Origin: Polyangiaceae bacterium
GTDB taxonomy: Bacteria; Myxococcota_A; Polyangia; Polyangiales; Polyangiaceae
Length of the DNA: 64,000 nt
Direction: 5' to 3'
NCBI GenBank assembly: GCA_033763455.1
Contig: JANRKO010000035.1
Coordinates: 17,905-81,904 of the forward strand
Notes under the pieces: model-generated
Databases searched by the model: none
What the model was told of the DNA's origin: nothing
What the model saw: the letters and a program-made list of their open reading frames with translations, nothing else
In this document: positions 18,533 to 28,455 of the stretch, one piece after another
Layout of the letters: each line of letters opens with the position of its first letter
Position numbering within the stretch: the first letter of the stretch is position 1
Position numbers and translations under genes: made by a program

Positions 18533-19561
18533 ATGAAGCACATTCTGCCTTGGTGTTTGGCCCCAATGGTGCTTGGGAGTTGTGCACCAGCCACGGCAAC
18601 CTCGGTTTCCAAGCCCGCTGCAGCTGAGTCTACGTTTTCGCCCCCAGAAGCGCGCGATAAACCTGCAGTGCCACCAGCCCCGAGCGTTACTCCAAGCGCC
18701 CAACCCCTCACCCGGCAAGCGATCTCCTGCGCATTCGAACGCGTACTCGAGGGCGACTTCAGAGCGATCGCGGTCGAAGCGCCGCCTTACGTTGCCGCGC
18801 TGAGCACCGAGCGCGTCTACCTTCACGACGCGAGAGGCTGGCACAACGAGCGGCTTCCGGGAGATATCGCGCAAGTTCAAGTTTTCCTCGGCCGGGATTT
18901 CCGGCCACGTCTGCTCGGCACTCGTGCTCTGAACGGCAACCTTGACAATGCTTACCTACGCTGGACCGAGGGCGGCATCCGAGCGGCGCGCGACGAGCTC
19001 GGCCGCCTCGCTCGCTCGACGAAAGGTGCTTTCATCGCAGTGCTCGGCATTGAAGATCCAGAGATGGTCTGTGTGGCTGGCGACGTCTGCATCTTAAAGC
19101 GTCTTTCGGGTTGGGCCACCCTCCCTGCGCCGAACGATCTAACGCACGTGGCTATCTCCGAGGGTGTTGGATACGCCCTCGCAGGCCAACGCTTCCTGCA
19201 AGCGGAAGCGCGCGGCTGGGTCGAGGCGGGTCCGCAAGGAACATGGGAAGGCGCCACAGCTTTGAGCGTAGGGAAGCAACAAGCCGTTGTATTGGATGCA
19301 AAAGGCTATGTTCACACGCTCTCGGAGGGCGCCGAGCAGTGGCAGAGCGAGCCTTCGCCGATAATAGGCGCGAGCGCCATCTGGGCAGAGCCAAGCGAAG
19401 CTGTGTGGATCGGCGGGAAAACGCTCGCCCAGAGGGCGCACGGAGCCTGGCGTCACGCCGACGCGGTGGGGGGACCCATCCATGCAATCTCTGGCCGAGG
19501 AGGCTGCGACGTGTGGCTCGCCACCGCACAGGGCCTGCTGCGTGGTGCCCCGAGCGAGTAA
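18533..19561 (+). CDS. Hypothetical lipoprotein, beta-propeller-like
   Basis: Lipobox LGSC. Repeated Trp-containing beta motifs (AIWA..EAVWIGG, AISGRG..DVWLA). Confidence 0.65.
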   Translation: MKHILPWCLAPMVLGSCAPATATSVSKPAAAESTFSPPEARDKPAVPPAPSVTPSAQPLTRQAISCAFERVLEGDFRAIAVEAPPYVAALSTERVYLHDARGWHNERLPGDIAQVQVFLGRDFRPRLLGTRALNGNLDNAYLRWTEGGIRAARDELGRLARSTKGAFIAVLGIEDPEMVCVAGDVCILKRLSGWATLPAPNDLTHVAISEGVGYALAGQRFLQAEARGWVEAGPQGTWEGATALSVGKQQAVVLDAKGYVHTLSEGAEQWQSEPSPIIGASAIWAEPSEAVWIGGKTLAQRAHGAWRHADAVGGPIHAISGRGGCDVWLATAQGLLRGAPSE

Positions 19562-19615
19562 GGGCGGGACCCCAACCGTCGTGACCAGTGCGAGAGAGCG
19601 CGCTATAGTGCGCAG

Positions 19616-20431
19616 ATGTCTATGGTCCCTCCCGAGGAGTCGCCGCATTCCCCCGGAAAGCAGCCGGCCGTGGACGAGCGCCTGGTCGCGCCTGAGAGTC
19701 GCTATGAAATCCACGATGGGAGGGTTCGTTACGTGTCCCCAGCAGATGAGCCACACGGCACTCGTCACTCCAAAATCTCAGCGCTCTTAGAAGCTTATGT
19801 GAAAGACGCTTACGATGTCGCCAGCGACATGCTCACGCGCACTTCAGAATCCGACGATATGGCGCCCGATGCCAGCGTCTTCCCAAGCGAGCGTGACCCA
19901 GTAACGGGCGGTCGCAGGCTCGAAGAGGTCGTGTTCGAAGTGCTCAACACCGAAAGCCTGAGCCATTCGGGTCAAAAAGCCAGCAAGCTGAGCAAGCGAG
20001 GCGTCCGGCGCATTTTCGCGGTCGATGTCGAACGAAAGCGTGCTTTCGAATGGTCACTCGATCTGGGCACATGGAGCATCCTTGCCTTAGACGGAGTGAT
20101 CACCGACCAAGTGTTCGTCGCGCCGCTCCCCATCTCGGCCCTGGTGCAAGCAGCCAAAGCGGACGACGCCGTGGCCGCCGCACTTCTAGCCAAAGGCAAT
20201 CGCATCTTGGAGCGGGCGCTGTCCAATCGTGAGAGCCGGGGAAAGGCCGAAGGTAAGACCGAAGGTAAGACTGAAGGTAAGAGGGCTGCGCTTCTAACCG
20301 TCCTCAGTGCTCGTGGCTTTTCGCTTTCGCTAGCAGAAAAGCAGCGGCTGGAGGCTGCCACCGAGGTTCAGCTCGACGCTTGGTTGAGCCGCGCCGCAAC
20401 CTCTAACTCTGCGGCTGACCTCTTTGGATGA
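19616..20431 (+). CDS. Uma2/DUF820-like PD-(D/E)XK nuclease-fold protein with EGK repeat tail
   Basis: YEIHDG, APDASV, FEVL. Tail GKAEGKTEGKTEGK encoded by 12-bp repeats at 20249-20282. Confidence 0.85.
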   Translation: MSMVPPEESPHSPGKQPAVDERLVAPESRYEIHDGRVRYVSPADEPHGTRHSKISALLEAYVKDAYDVASDMLTRTSESDDMAPDASVFPSERDPVTGGRRLEEVVFEVLNTESLSHSGQKASKLSKRGVRRIFAVDVERKRAFEWSLDLGTWSILALDGVITDQVFVAPLPISALVQAAKADDAVAAALLAKGNRILERALSNRESRGKAEGKTEGKTEGKRAALLTVLSARGFSLSLAEKQRLEAATEVQLDAWLSRAATSNSAADLFG

Positions 20432-20434
20432 TGA

Positions 20435-21994
20435 TCAAAGGGGCATATTTCCGTGTTTCTTGGCGGGCAAGCTTTGGCGCTTATCCTTTAAGATATCGAG
20501 CCACTGATTCAGGCGCTTGCGAATGCCTCGCGGCAGGATCACTTCGTCCACGAACCCGAGCTCTGCCGCCTTGAACGGATTGGCGAACATCTCACGATAT
20601 TCAGCGGTGAATTGGGCTTCGGCAGCCGCTTTATCCGGCGCACTTTGGATCGCGTTCCGGTGCACAATATTCACAGCGCCGGCCGAGCCCATCACGGCTA
20701 TCTCCGCGCTTGGGAAAGCGATGTTCACATCCGCCCCAATGTGCTTGCTGCTCATCACATCGTAGGCGCCACCGTAAGCCTTGCGCACAATCACCGTGAT
20801 CTTGGGGACAGTGGCTTCTGCGAAGGCGAACAGCAGCTTAGCGCCGTGCAAAATGATGCCGCGGTGCTCCTGATCCACGCCTGGAAGAAAGCCTGGTACA
20901 TCCACCCAGGTCACCAGCGGGAGATTGAAACAATCACAGAAACGCACAAATCGCGCTGCTTTGATGCTGGCAGCAATATCCAAAACACCCGCCAAATACG
21001 CCGGCTGATTGGCCACAATGCCCACCGGGCGCCCACCGAGCCGCGCGAAGCCAACCACAATATTGCTCGCGTGGGACGCTTGCACTTCGAAAAAGTCTCT
21101 GTCGTCTACCACGTGTTCGATGAGGTGCTTGATATCGTACGGCTTGTTGCTCTCCTCGGGCACCAGAGTATCGAGCTCCGGAATTTCGCGATCAGCCGGA
21201 TCTGTTGCAAGAGCGCGCGGTGGATCTTCGGTGTTATTCTTGGGCAGAAAGCTCAAGAGTTTTCGCACTTGGGCCAGGGCTTCGGCGTCATCAGCGGCAG
21301 AAAAATGCGCAACTCCGCTCTTCTTTGAGTGCGTTTGCGCGCCGCCGAGCTCTTCTTTGCTCACCTCTTCGTGTGTCACGGTGCGGATCACGTCCGGCCC
21401 CGTGATGAACATGTAGCTTGTACCCTCTACCATGAAGGTGAAATCAGTGAGGGCCGGCGAATAGACAGCCCCCCCGGCACACGGCCCCATGATAACGCTG
21501 AGCTGGGGAACTACTCCCGAGGCCAAAGTATTCTTGTAGAAGATATCGGCGTACCCACCCAAGGACTCAACGCCTTCTTGAATGCGCGCGCCGCCGGAAT
21601 CATTGAGGCCAATGACGGGCGCTCCCACCTTGAGCGCCAGATCCATCACTTTGACGATCTTTTTTGCGTGGGCAGCGCCGAGGGAGCCGCCAAATACGGT
21701 AAAATCCTGTGCAAATACGAAGACCTGCCGCCCATCAACCGTGCCGCTTCCCGTGACCACTCCATCCCCCACAGCTTTCTGTTGAGCCATATCAAAATCG
21801 GTACAGCGATGAGTAACCAAGCGATCGACCTCCACAAAGCTGCCCGGATCGAGCAGGAGCTCCAGGCGTTCGCGCGCCGTTAACTTGCCGGCCTGATGCT
21901 GCTTCTCGATGCGTTCTTTGCCGCCACCTTCAAGCGCTGCCTGATTGAGCGCGGCGAGCCTATCCGTCACCTTGCGCGGAAATGTCTCAGTCAT
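20435..21994 (-). CDS. pccB: Acyl-CoA (propionyl/methylmalonyl-CoA) carboxyltransferase beta subunit
   Basis: [62 protein letters not shown]. Confidence 0.93.
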   Translation of the reverse strand: MTETFPRKVTDRLAALNQAALEGGGKERIEKQHQAGKLTARERLELLLDPGSFVEVDRLVTHRCTDFDMAQQKAVGDGVVTGSGTVDGRQVFVFAQDFTVFGGSLGAAHAKKIVKVMDLALKVGAPVIGLNDSGGARIQEGVESLGGYADIFYKNTLASGVVPQLSVIMGPCAGGAVYSPALTDFTFMVEGTSYMFITGPDVIRTVTHEEVSKEELGGAQTHSKKSGVAHFSAADDAEALAQVRKLLSFLPKNNTEDPPRALATDPADREIPELDTLVPEESNKPYDIKHLIEHVVDDRDFFEVQASHASNIVVGFARLGGRPVGIVANQPAYLAGVLDIAASIKAARFVRFCDCFNLPLVTWVDVPGFLPGVDQEHRGIILHGAKLLFAFAEATVPKITVIVRKAYGGAYDVMSSKHIGADVNIAFPSAEIAVMGSAGAVNIVHRNAIQSAPDKAAAEAQFTAEYREMFANPFKAAELGFVDEVILPRGIRKRLNQWLDILKDKRQSLPAKKHGNMPL

Positions 21995-23103
21995 AATCCT
22001 GGATCCAGGTAGTCAACGAGCACGCCCGTTGGGCTTAGAAAGCGAGTGCGGCCCGGTGCGCGCTCCACCACGTAATCTGGGTAAACCGGAACCTTGCCGT
22101 GCCCACCCGGTGTGTCGACGATGAATTTGGGCAAACAAATCCCACTCAATTTCCCCTGGAGCTGCCGCATGAGCTCGATTCCTGTGTTCAAAGGAGTGCG
22201 CAAATGGCCTGTTCCTAGCACCGGATCTGCCTGCAGAAGGTAGTAAGGGCGCACGCGTTCGCGCACCAAGCCGCGAAAAAGCTCGGTGAGCACGGCAGCG
22301 TTATCGTTCACTCCCCGCAGCAACACCGTATGATTGTTGATCGGAAAACCATAATCAGCCAAGCGATTGCAGGCGGCGCGCGCTTCAGGAGTAAGCTCTT
22401 TCGGGTGGTTGAAATGGGTCATCACCCAAAGTGGATGAAACGGCCGAAGCGCCGTTAATAGCTCGTCGGTGATGCGTTGAGGCAACACCACCGGTACCCG
22501 CGTGGCCAAGCGGATCGTTTCGATGCTCTTGATTTCACGCAACGCACGGAGCACCTGCACGATGCGTTCGGTGGCTTGCGTGAGCACATCCCCACCACTC
22601 ACGATCACATCTTTCACCTCAGGGTGAGCTCGTAAATAGGCGAATGCCCCCGCCAAGCGCTCGATCGACCGAGCGCCGCCACCGTGCCCCACCATGCGGC
22701 TCCGCGTGCAAAAGCGGCAATAAACAGCGCACCTGTCCGTTACCAATAAAAGAGCGCGATCCGGGTAACGCTGCACAAGCTCAGGGGCCACCTCGTGCAC
22801 CTCTTCGCCCAAAGGATCGCGCAGATCTCCTTGAGAAAGCTCTGCCTCTTCGGCACGCGGCACCACTTGACGCCGGATCGGACAAGCTTCATCCGCGGCA
22901 TCCATGAGCGACAGATAATACGGTGTGATAGCAATGGGTAAGCCCGCTCGTTCGGCGCCGAGCGCCCCCTGCCGTTCACTTTCGGAGAGCTGCAGTGCTT
23001 GCTCGAGATCGCTGAGCGAACGGGTAGAGTTCTGAAGCTGCCAGCGCCAATCCTCTGGCCCCCGGGGCAAATCCTGGGTGCTGACTACGCGAAGCTCACT
23101 CAC
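21991..23103 (-). CDS. KamA-family radical SAM 2,3-aminomutase
   Basis: [39 protein letters not shown] (PLP lysine). Confidence 0.92.
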   Translation of the reverse strand: MSELRVVSTQDLPRGPEDWRWQLQNSTRSLSDLEQALQLSESERQGALGAERAGLPIAITPYYLSLMDAADEACPIRRQVVPRAEEAELSQGDLRDPLGEEVHEVAPELVQRYPDRALLLVTDRCAVYCRFCTRSRMVGHGGGARSIERLAGAFAYLRAHPEVKDVIVSGGDVLTQATERIVQVLRALREIKSIETIRLATRVPVVLPQRITDELLTALRPFHPLWVMTHFNHPKELTPEARAACNRLADYGFPINNHTVLLRGVNDNAAVLTELFRGLVRERVRPYYLLQADPVLGTGHLRTPLNTGIELMRQLQGKLSGICLPKFIVDTPGGHGKVPVYPDYVVERAPGRTRFLSPTGVLVDYLDPGL

Positions 23104-24182
23104 GGGGTAGCTTTCGGTGCGGAGTTGGTTGCGGCCGTGCCTGTTGGGGCATTGGCCTTGGATTCTACGCGCAACTTTAGGGCGGCAAGCTCCTCTGCGT
23201 CTATCTTTACAGGGTAACGCTTCCGAAGCTCCGCCTCAAATGTGGCTTCTTTTTCCTTAATTCGCTCTTGCACGAGCGCTACACGGATGGTGCGTTCGGC
23301 CTCAGCCAACGAGCGCGAGCGTGCCTCCGTTTTCCCGGTGAGGCGCACAATGTGGAAGTGCCCGCCAGCCGATACCACCTTCGGCAATACGCCACCGAGC
23401 TCACCGATTTCAAACACCGCGTGCTTCAGTGCATCTGGCACCGACGCCGCAGAGTCCTTTTCTCCGGGGCGGGAAACAATTCCGAGATCGCCGCGCAACT
23501 CAGGCGGCTCGCTTTCGGAAGCCGTCTTCTTGTCTAAAGAAAACTCGAGCACCAAGGCTCCCCACTTTTCGGGGGTGGCCTTGAGCGCCTGGCGCAGCAC
23601 CTCTTCGGCTTTAGCCTGCGTAGCGAGCTCAATGTGCGAAAGCCTGCGCCGCTCGGGATCGGCGTATTCGGCCCGATGAGCAGCGTAATAGGCCTGCACC
23701 TCGGTAAGGGGTATTTCTTCGGGTTTTGGTACGGTTTTCAGCAGATCGCGTTTGAGCTCGTCGCGCAACGCTTGGCGAAACCTGAGCTCCACTTCCGGAT
23801 CTTTGTCGAGGCCACGGCGTTTGGCCTCCTGCGCCAAGAGCTCTACTTTGATGATTTCGTCGAGGAGCAGCTTTCTGCGATCGGGGGATTGGTAACGCAA
23901 ACGCTCAAACTGATCCATGCGAGAGAGAATCGCCGCAAAATCACCTAGCGTTATCTTGGTGTCGCCCACACGCGCCAGGACTCGAGCCGCAAGCTCGGGC
24001 GAAAGGGTGTTGGTGGGCGAACCTGGGCCAGCGTCGGCGCCCGGGGCACTCGAGGGAGCCGTGTTCTTCTGGGAACTGTCGCATGCGTTAGCAGCCAAAC
24101 ACGCGGCCAGCACGCAAATGCCGAGCTTGCACCGACCTTCGCGCCAGCACTTTTCCGAAGAGCTCTTGAAGGAACTTCGCAT
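23100..24182 (-). CDS. PpiC/SurA-type peptidyl-prolyl isomerase lipoprotein
   Basis: Signal peptide with Cys. ELLAQEAKRRGLD, RRLSHI, FSLD, GDLG, GHFHIVRL. Confidence 0.85.
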   Translation of the reverse strand: MRSSFKSSSEKCWREGRCKLGICVLAACLAANACDSSQKNTAPSSAPGADAGPGSPTNTLSPELAARVLARVGDTKITLGDFAAILSRMDQFERLRYQSPDRRKLLLDEIIKVELLAQEAKRRGLDKDPEVELRFRQALRDELKRDLLKTVPKPEEIPLTEVQAYYAAHRAEYADPERRRLSHIELATQAKAEEVLRQALKATPEKWGALVLEFSLDKKTASESEPPELRGDLGIVSRPGEKDSAASVPDALKHAVFEIGELGGVLPKVVSAGGHFHIVRLTGKTEARSRSLAEAERTIRVALVQERIKEKEATFEAELRKRYPVKIDAEELAALKLRVESKANAPTGTAATNSAPKATP

Positions 24183-24251
24183 CAGCCCGTGGAATACTAC
24201 GGGCTTGCTGGCTCGGCCAGAGGAAGGCTCTGTGCCTTACCCGAGTGGGCA

Positions 24252-24464
24252 TCAAGGTTGCCCAGAGGCCAGCAGCCACTTGGCGATATGAGAAGCGATA
24301 TCCGCGCAAACTTGAACAGCGAGCATCAGGTTAAACGACAACAGATCCAGCGTGTCGCGATCACCCCCTAGCTGCTCAGGCGACGGCGGATGGTGGGATT
24401 CGATGCGCGTTAGGCGATCCTGGAGCTGAGCGAGCTTGGCGCCGATGACATCAGGCTTGACCAC
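24252..24464 (-). pseudogene. Truncated HEPN/DUF86 (HepT-like) toxin remnant
   Basis: VVKPDVIGAKLAQLQDRLTRI...DRDTLDLLSFNLMLAVQVCADIASHI resembles a DUF86 N-terminus. It stops after 70 aa, before any RxxxxH motif. Confidence 0.7.
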
Positions 24465-24793
24465 TAGAAGCCCCTCTCTAGAGGCTCCCCATCGGGACGC
24501 ATGGACGAAGGCTCGCACACGCGGTGGTAGGGCGGGCGGTGGCGAAAACCCGGCAGGAGCAGGCACCTCTCGCGTCCTGACATGTACTTGTCATGCTAAG
24601 TACTTCGCGTAGGGGAAAATCATCGCCTGCAGCCCAATGCGGTGCCACCCACGGGCCGCATGCAGACACGTTCAGCGGCGCGATCGTTGCTGCTGCGACT
24701 TCTTGCCGTAGAAAAGCTCCATCTTGAACCCACGGGATCAACCCCACAAACAGCCATTGCTCGATTGCGCGGGCCTAGAGTAACTGTGCCTCT

Positions 24794-25525
24794 GTGGAGC
24801 CCAAACCAGCCGAGAGCCTCAAATATCAACGCGTTGTGGTGAAGCTGAGCGGTGAAGCGCTCTGCGGGAAAGAGGGTGGCTCGGGGATCGATACGGCGAC
24901 GCTCAAAGCTACCGCCCAGGAGCTCAAAGAGGTGCACGCCACCGGGGTGCAAATCGGCATCGTTGTCGGCGGTGGCAACATCTTCCGTGGGTTGCGCGGA
25001 GCCAGCGAGGGCATGGACCGCGCCCAGAGCGACTACATGGGTATGCTGGCCACCGTCATCAATTCCCTAGCGCTCCAGGACGCTCTTGAACGCTGCGATG
25101 TTCCAACACGCGTGATGACCGCGATCGAAATTCGGCAAGTGGCCGAACCCTACATCCGGCGCCGAGCCATGCGCCACTTGGCTCGCGGCAACGTGGTGAT
25201 CTTCGCAGCCGGAACTGGGAACCCGTATTTTTCGACCGATACCGCCGCAGCGCTGCGCGCGATGGAAATTCGGGCGGATGGGTTGTTCAAAGCCACCAAG
25301 GTGGACGGCATTTACGACCGTGACCCTAAGCGCCACCCAGACGCCCGGCTGCTTCAGACCGTCACCTACGATCGATTCCTCGGCGACCACCTCGGCGTGA
25401 TGGATTCCACGGCGGTGGCCCTTTGCCGTGAAAACGGCCTGCCGATTCGAGTTTTTCAGATGATTCCAGGAAATATCCGGCGAGTCTGTTTGGGCGAGAA
25501 CGTCGGGACCACGGTCACCCACTAA
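24794..25525 (+). CDS. pyrH: UMP kinase
   Basis: [48 protein letters not shown]. Confidence 0.97.
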   Translation: MEPKPAESLKYQRVVVKLSGEALCGKEGGSGIDTATLKATAQELKEVHATGVQIGIVVGGGNIFRGLRGASEGMDRAQSDYMGMLATVINSLALQDALERCDVPTRVMTAIEIRQVAEPYIRRRAMRHLARGNVVIFAAGTGNPYFSTDTAAALRAMEIRADGLFKATKVDGIYDRDPKRHPDARLLQTVTYDRFLGDHLGVMDSTAVALCRENGLPIRVFQMIPGNIRRVCLGENVGTTVTH

Positions 25526-25604
25526 TTTCCGAGCGGTACTCTCGGGTGCCGGCGGCGCCAAGCCTCGACCGTGCTCGGCATTCGGCTAAGCTGCGTGCAC
25601 CGTT

Positions 25605-27950
25605 ATGTGGAGCTCGCTGCAGATAGGTTTGCCCGAACTTGGAACGTCGGTCATTTATGGCATTCTCTTATGCGCAGCGTACACGTTCGCTGTCGCCGTA
25701 GCCGCTGGCCGAAGTAAGCCGCGCTTGCTTCAGGCGGCTCGCGTGGGTGCCTACGCGACGAGCGCCATGGTCGGCTTTGCGGTGCTGCTTCTGGCGTACG
25801 CCTTTCTGACGCACGATTTTCGGATCCGCTACGTGCTCCGCTACAGCGATCGATCGATGTCGACGCCTTACCTGCTCACCTCGCTCTGGGGGGGCCAAGA
25901 CGGATCGCTGCTTTGGTGGATCGCCTTGCTCAGCGTCTACATCACGCTCGCCATTCGCTGGCTCAAAGGGCGCTACCGTGACCTTCAGCCGTACGTCATC
26001 GCCACCCTGATGGTGATCGTCGCTTTTTTCACAATTGTGCTGATTTTCTCGGCCAATCCCTTCGCCACCACGATCGCTTCGAGCCCGCCGGACGGTGAAG
26101 GCCTAAATCCCCTCTTGCAGAGCTACTGGATGATCATTCATCCGCCAGCACTCTACACGGGCTTTGTGGGATGCTCTGTGCCCTTCGCTTTTGCGATAGC
26201 GGCGCTTATCACGGGCCGCTTGGACAACGAATGGATCATCGCCGTTCGTAAATGGATGCTGTTTGCGTTTCTGTTCCTATCAATCGGCAATTGGCTCGGG
26301 ATGATGTGGGCCTACGAGGAGCTCGGCTGGGGCGGCTACTGGGCTTGGGATCCGGTAGAGAACGCAGCGTGTTTGCCGTGGTTTACCGCCGCAGCTTACG
26401 TGCACTCCACGATGATCCAAGAGCGCCGCAGTATGCTCAAGGTGTGGAACCTTTTTCTCATCTGCCTCACGTTTTTTCTGACGATTTTCGGCACTTTCTT
26501 AACGCGTTCGGGCCTCATCACAAGTGTGCACAGCTTCGCTCAAAGCAGCATCGGTAATTACTTTTTAGTCTTCATGGGGCTGATTATCGCGACCTCGGTG
26601 GGGCTCATTGTTTGGCGGTTGCCAGAGCTCCGGGCAAAGAGTGAAATCGAAGCCGTCACCAGTCGGGAAGCGATGTTCGTGCTCAACAACTGGGCACTCC
26701 TCGGAGCGATGTCGTTCATCGCCATCGCCACGCTGTTCCCGAAAATCAGCGAATGGCTGTGGAACGAAAATGCAACGGTGGGGCCTCCATTTTTCAACCG
26801 TTGGCTGGCGCCGATTGGCCTTTTGATCTTCGCGTTGATGGGGTTGGCACCGCTTTTTGGTTGGCGGAAAACGAGCCCTGAGCTGTTACGAAAGAGCTTC
26901 GTTTGGCCGCTTGCTGCGCTGTTTGCCGGCGCGGCCCTGCACCTCGCGTTGGGCAAGGCCTTGGGCTTTCCGGCCCTCGTTGAGAACGATATCTTCTATC
27001 CGGGAGCCGTGGGTCTAGTGCTCCAGAAGATCGGCGCCATCTCTCCGCTGCTCACCATGTCCCTGGCAGCGTTCAACGTGGCAGTGATCGTGCAAGAGTT
27101 CGCTCGCGGGGTTGCGGCGCGACAATCAGCTGCGCAAAAACGCGGGGAGCAGGAGAGCATCGGCCAGGCGCTTTTCCGTCTGGTCTCGAAAAACCGCCGC
27201 CGCTACGGGGGCTACATCGTGCACGCGGGTATAGTGTGCATGTTCATTGGGTTTGCCGGTGCCGCTTGGAACGTGGATCGTGAAGCCAGCCTTTCGGTCG
27301 GCGAAACGTACACCGTGGGCAACTACACCGTCACGTATAAGAGCGCGCGCATGTGCCCCAGCATGCGGCCAGATGGCGGCGGTTGCAGTGTGGAAGAACA
27401 ATCCGACGTGAGCAAACGACGGGTGATAGCTAACCTGGAGCTCGCCCGCGGCGGGAAATATGTAGGCAGCGTGAGCCCGGCACAGTTCGTTTACACACGC
27501 CAGCAGCAAACCACCACGGAGGTCAGCATCCTTCGAACCTTCCGCGATGATTTCTACAGTGTAGTGGGGCGCGTGGATCCCTCCACCAAACAAGCTACGT
27601 TCCAATTTCACGTTAAGCCCTTGGTTTCTTGGATTTGGTTGGGGGTGACCATTTTGATTTTTGGAACCACGCTTTCGCTTTGGCCACAGTTCTCTTACGG
27701 CAGGGTGGGCGTGTGGAGTCTTGTGCGCACGGCTTCGGGTGCCGCCACCGGCATTGCTTTTTCCATCTGGCTCGCCATGAGTCCCTCGCTAGCCCACGCC
27801 AAAGTGCGTCCAAGGGCAGTTGCAAGTCCGGCCGCCGTGCAAACGGAGCCCGCCCGGAGTTCCCAAATGGCAATCGCCCTAGCGCTCGGCGCGGGCTTAG
27901 TGGTAGGCGTGGGGCAGAGCCTTCGGCGCCGACGTGACCTCGGTGAGTGA
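25605..27950 (+). CDS. ccmF: Cytochrome c heme lyase CcmF/NrfE with C-terminal extension
   Basis: WGGQDGSLL, GLNPLLQ, IHPPALY, WAYEELGWGGYWAWDPVENA, SVHSF, GGYIVHAG. Confidence 0.95.
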   Translation: MWSSLQIGLPELGTSVIYGILLCAAYTFAVAVAAGRSKPRLLQAARVGAYATSAMVGFAVLLLAYAFLTHDFRIRYVLRYSDRSMSTPYLLTSLWGGQDGSLLWWIALLSVYITLAIRWLKGRYRDLQPYVIATLMVIVAFFTIVLIFSANPFATTIASSPPDGEGLNPLLQSYWMIIHPPALYTGFVGCSVPFAFAIAALITGRLDNEWIIAVRKWMLFAFLFLSIGNWLGMMWAYEELGWGGYWAWDPVENAACLPWFTAAAYVHSTMIQERRSMLKVWNLFLICLTFFLTIFGTFLTRSGLITSVHSFAQSSIGNYFLVFMGLIIATSVGLIVWRLPELRAKSEIEAVTSREAMFVLNNWALLGAMSFIAIATLFPKISEWLWNENATVGPPFFNRWLAPIGLLIFALMGLAPLFGWRKTSPELLRKSFVWPLAALFAGAALHLALGKALGFPALVENDIFYPGAVGLVLQKIGAISPLLTMSLAAFNVAVIVQEFARGVAARQSAAQKRGEQESIGQALFRLVSKNRRRYGGYIVHAGIVCMFIGFAGAAWNVDREASLSVGETYTVGNYTVTYKSARMCPSMRPDGGGCSVEEQSDVSKRRVIANLELARGGKYVGSVSPAQFVYTRQQQTTTEVSILRTFRDDFYSVVGRVDPSTKQATFQFHVKPLVSWIWLGVTILIFGTTLSLWPQFSYGRVGVWSLVRTASGAATGIAFSIWLAMSPSLAHAKVRPRAVASPAAVQTEPARSSQMAIALALGAGLVVGVGQSLRRRRDLGE

Positions 27951-28455
27951 ACCTAATTCTTTAAGCCTCCTGGCCTTGCTCGAAAGGCCCATCTATCGGC
28001 GAGTCGCTATCGTCGGTGTGGTGGCGTTGGCTTTCGCGATGGGCACTTCTCGGGGCATTGCGAGTGGTTTCTTGGTGCTCGCGGGGGCTTTTCTGCTGCT
28101 CACGCTGGGCCTGCTGTGGACAAGCCTGGAGAGCCTGAGCGGCAAAGCGAAGCTCAGCCTAGATGAGGCACTGAGCTTGGCGCGCCCGAGCGCCGAAGAA
28201 GAACAGAAGCAAAGCGTGCTCCGGGCGCTGAAAGATCTCGAGTTCGAGCGCAGCGTCGGCAAGATCAGCGACGAAGATTACCAAGAGCTCTCCGCCCATT
28301 ACCGCGCAGAAGCCAAACGGCTCATGGCCTTGTTAGATGAGCACCACGCGCGTAGCCGGGCGGAAGTGGAAGCCCTTGCGCGAGGGGAGCTCGCGGGTGC
28401 CAAGAGCAAAGCAAAGGTTGAGGCAAAGGTCGATCCGGTGGAGCCGAGTTCATGA
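27934..28455 (+). CDS. Membrane protein with CcmI-like helical motif
   Basis: Two TM segments, then LRALKDLEFERSVGKISDEDYQEL. Overlaps the ccmF 3' end. Confidence 0.75.
   Translation: MTSVSEPNSLSLLALLERPIYRRVAIVGVVALAFAMGTSRGIASGFLVLAGAFLLLTLGLLWTSLESLSGKAKLSLDEALSLARPSAEEEQKQSVLRALKDLEFERSVGKISDEDYQELSAHYRAEAKRLMALLDEHHARSRAEVEALARGELAGAKSKAKVEAKVDPVEPSS

Noticed and set aside
24574..24601. Chromosomal dif site
   Set aside because: Only the XerD-like half matches, and the site is about 5.5 kb from the probable origin rather than at the terminus.
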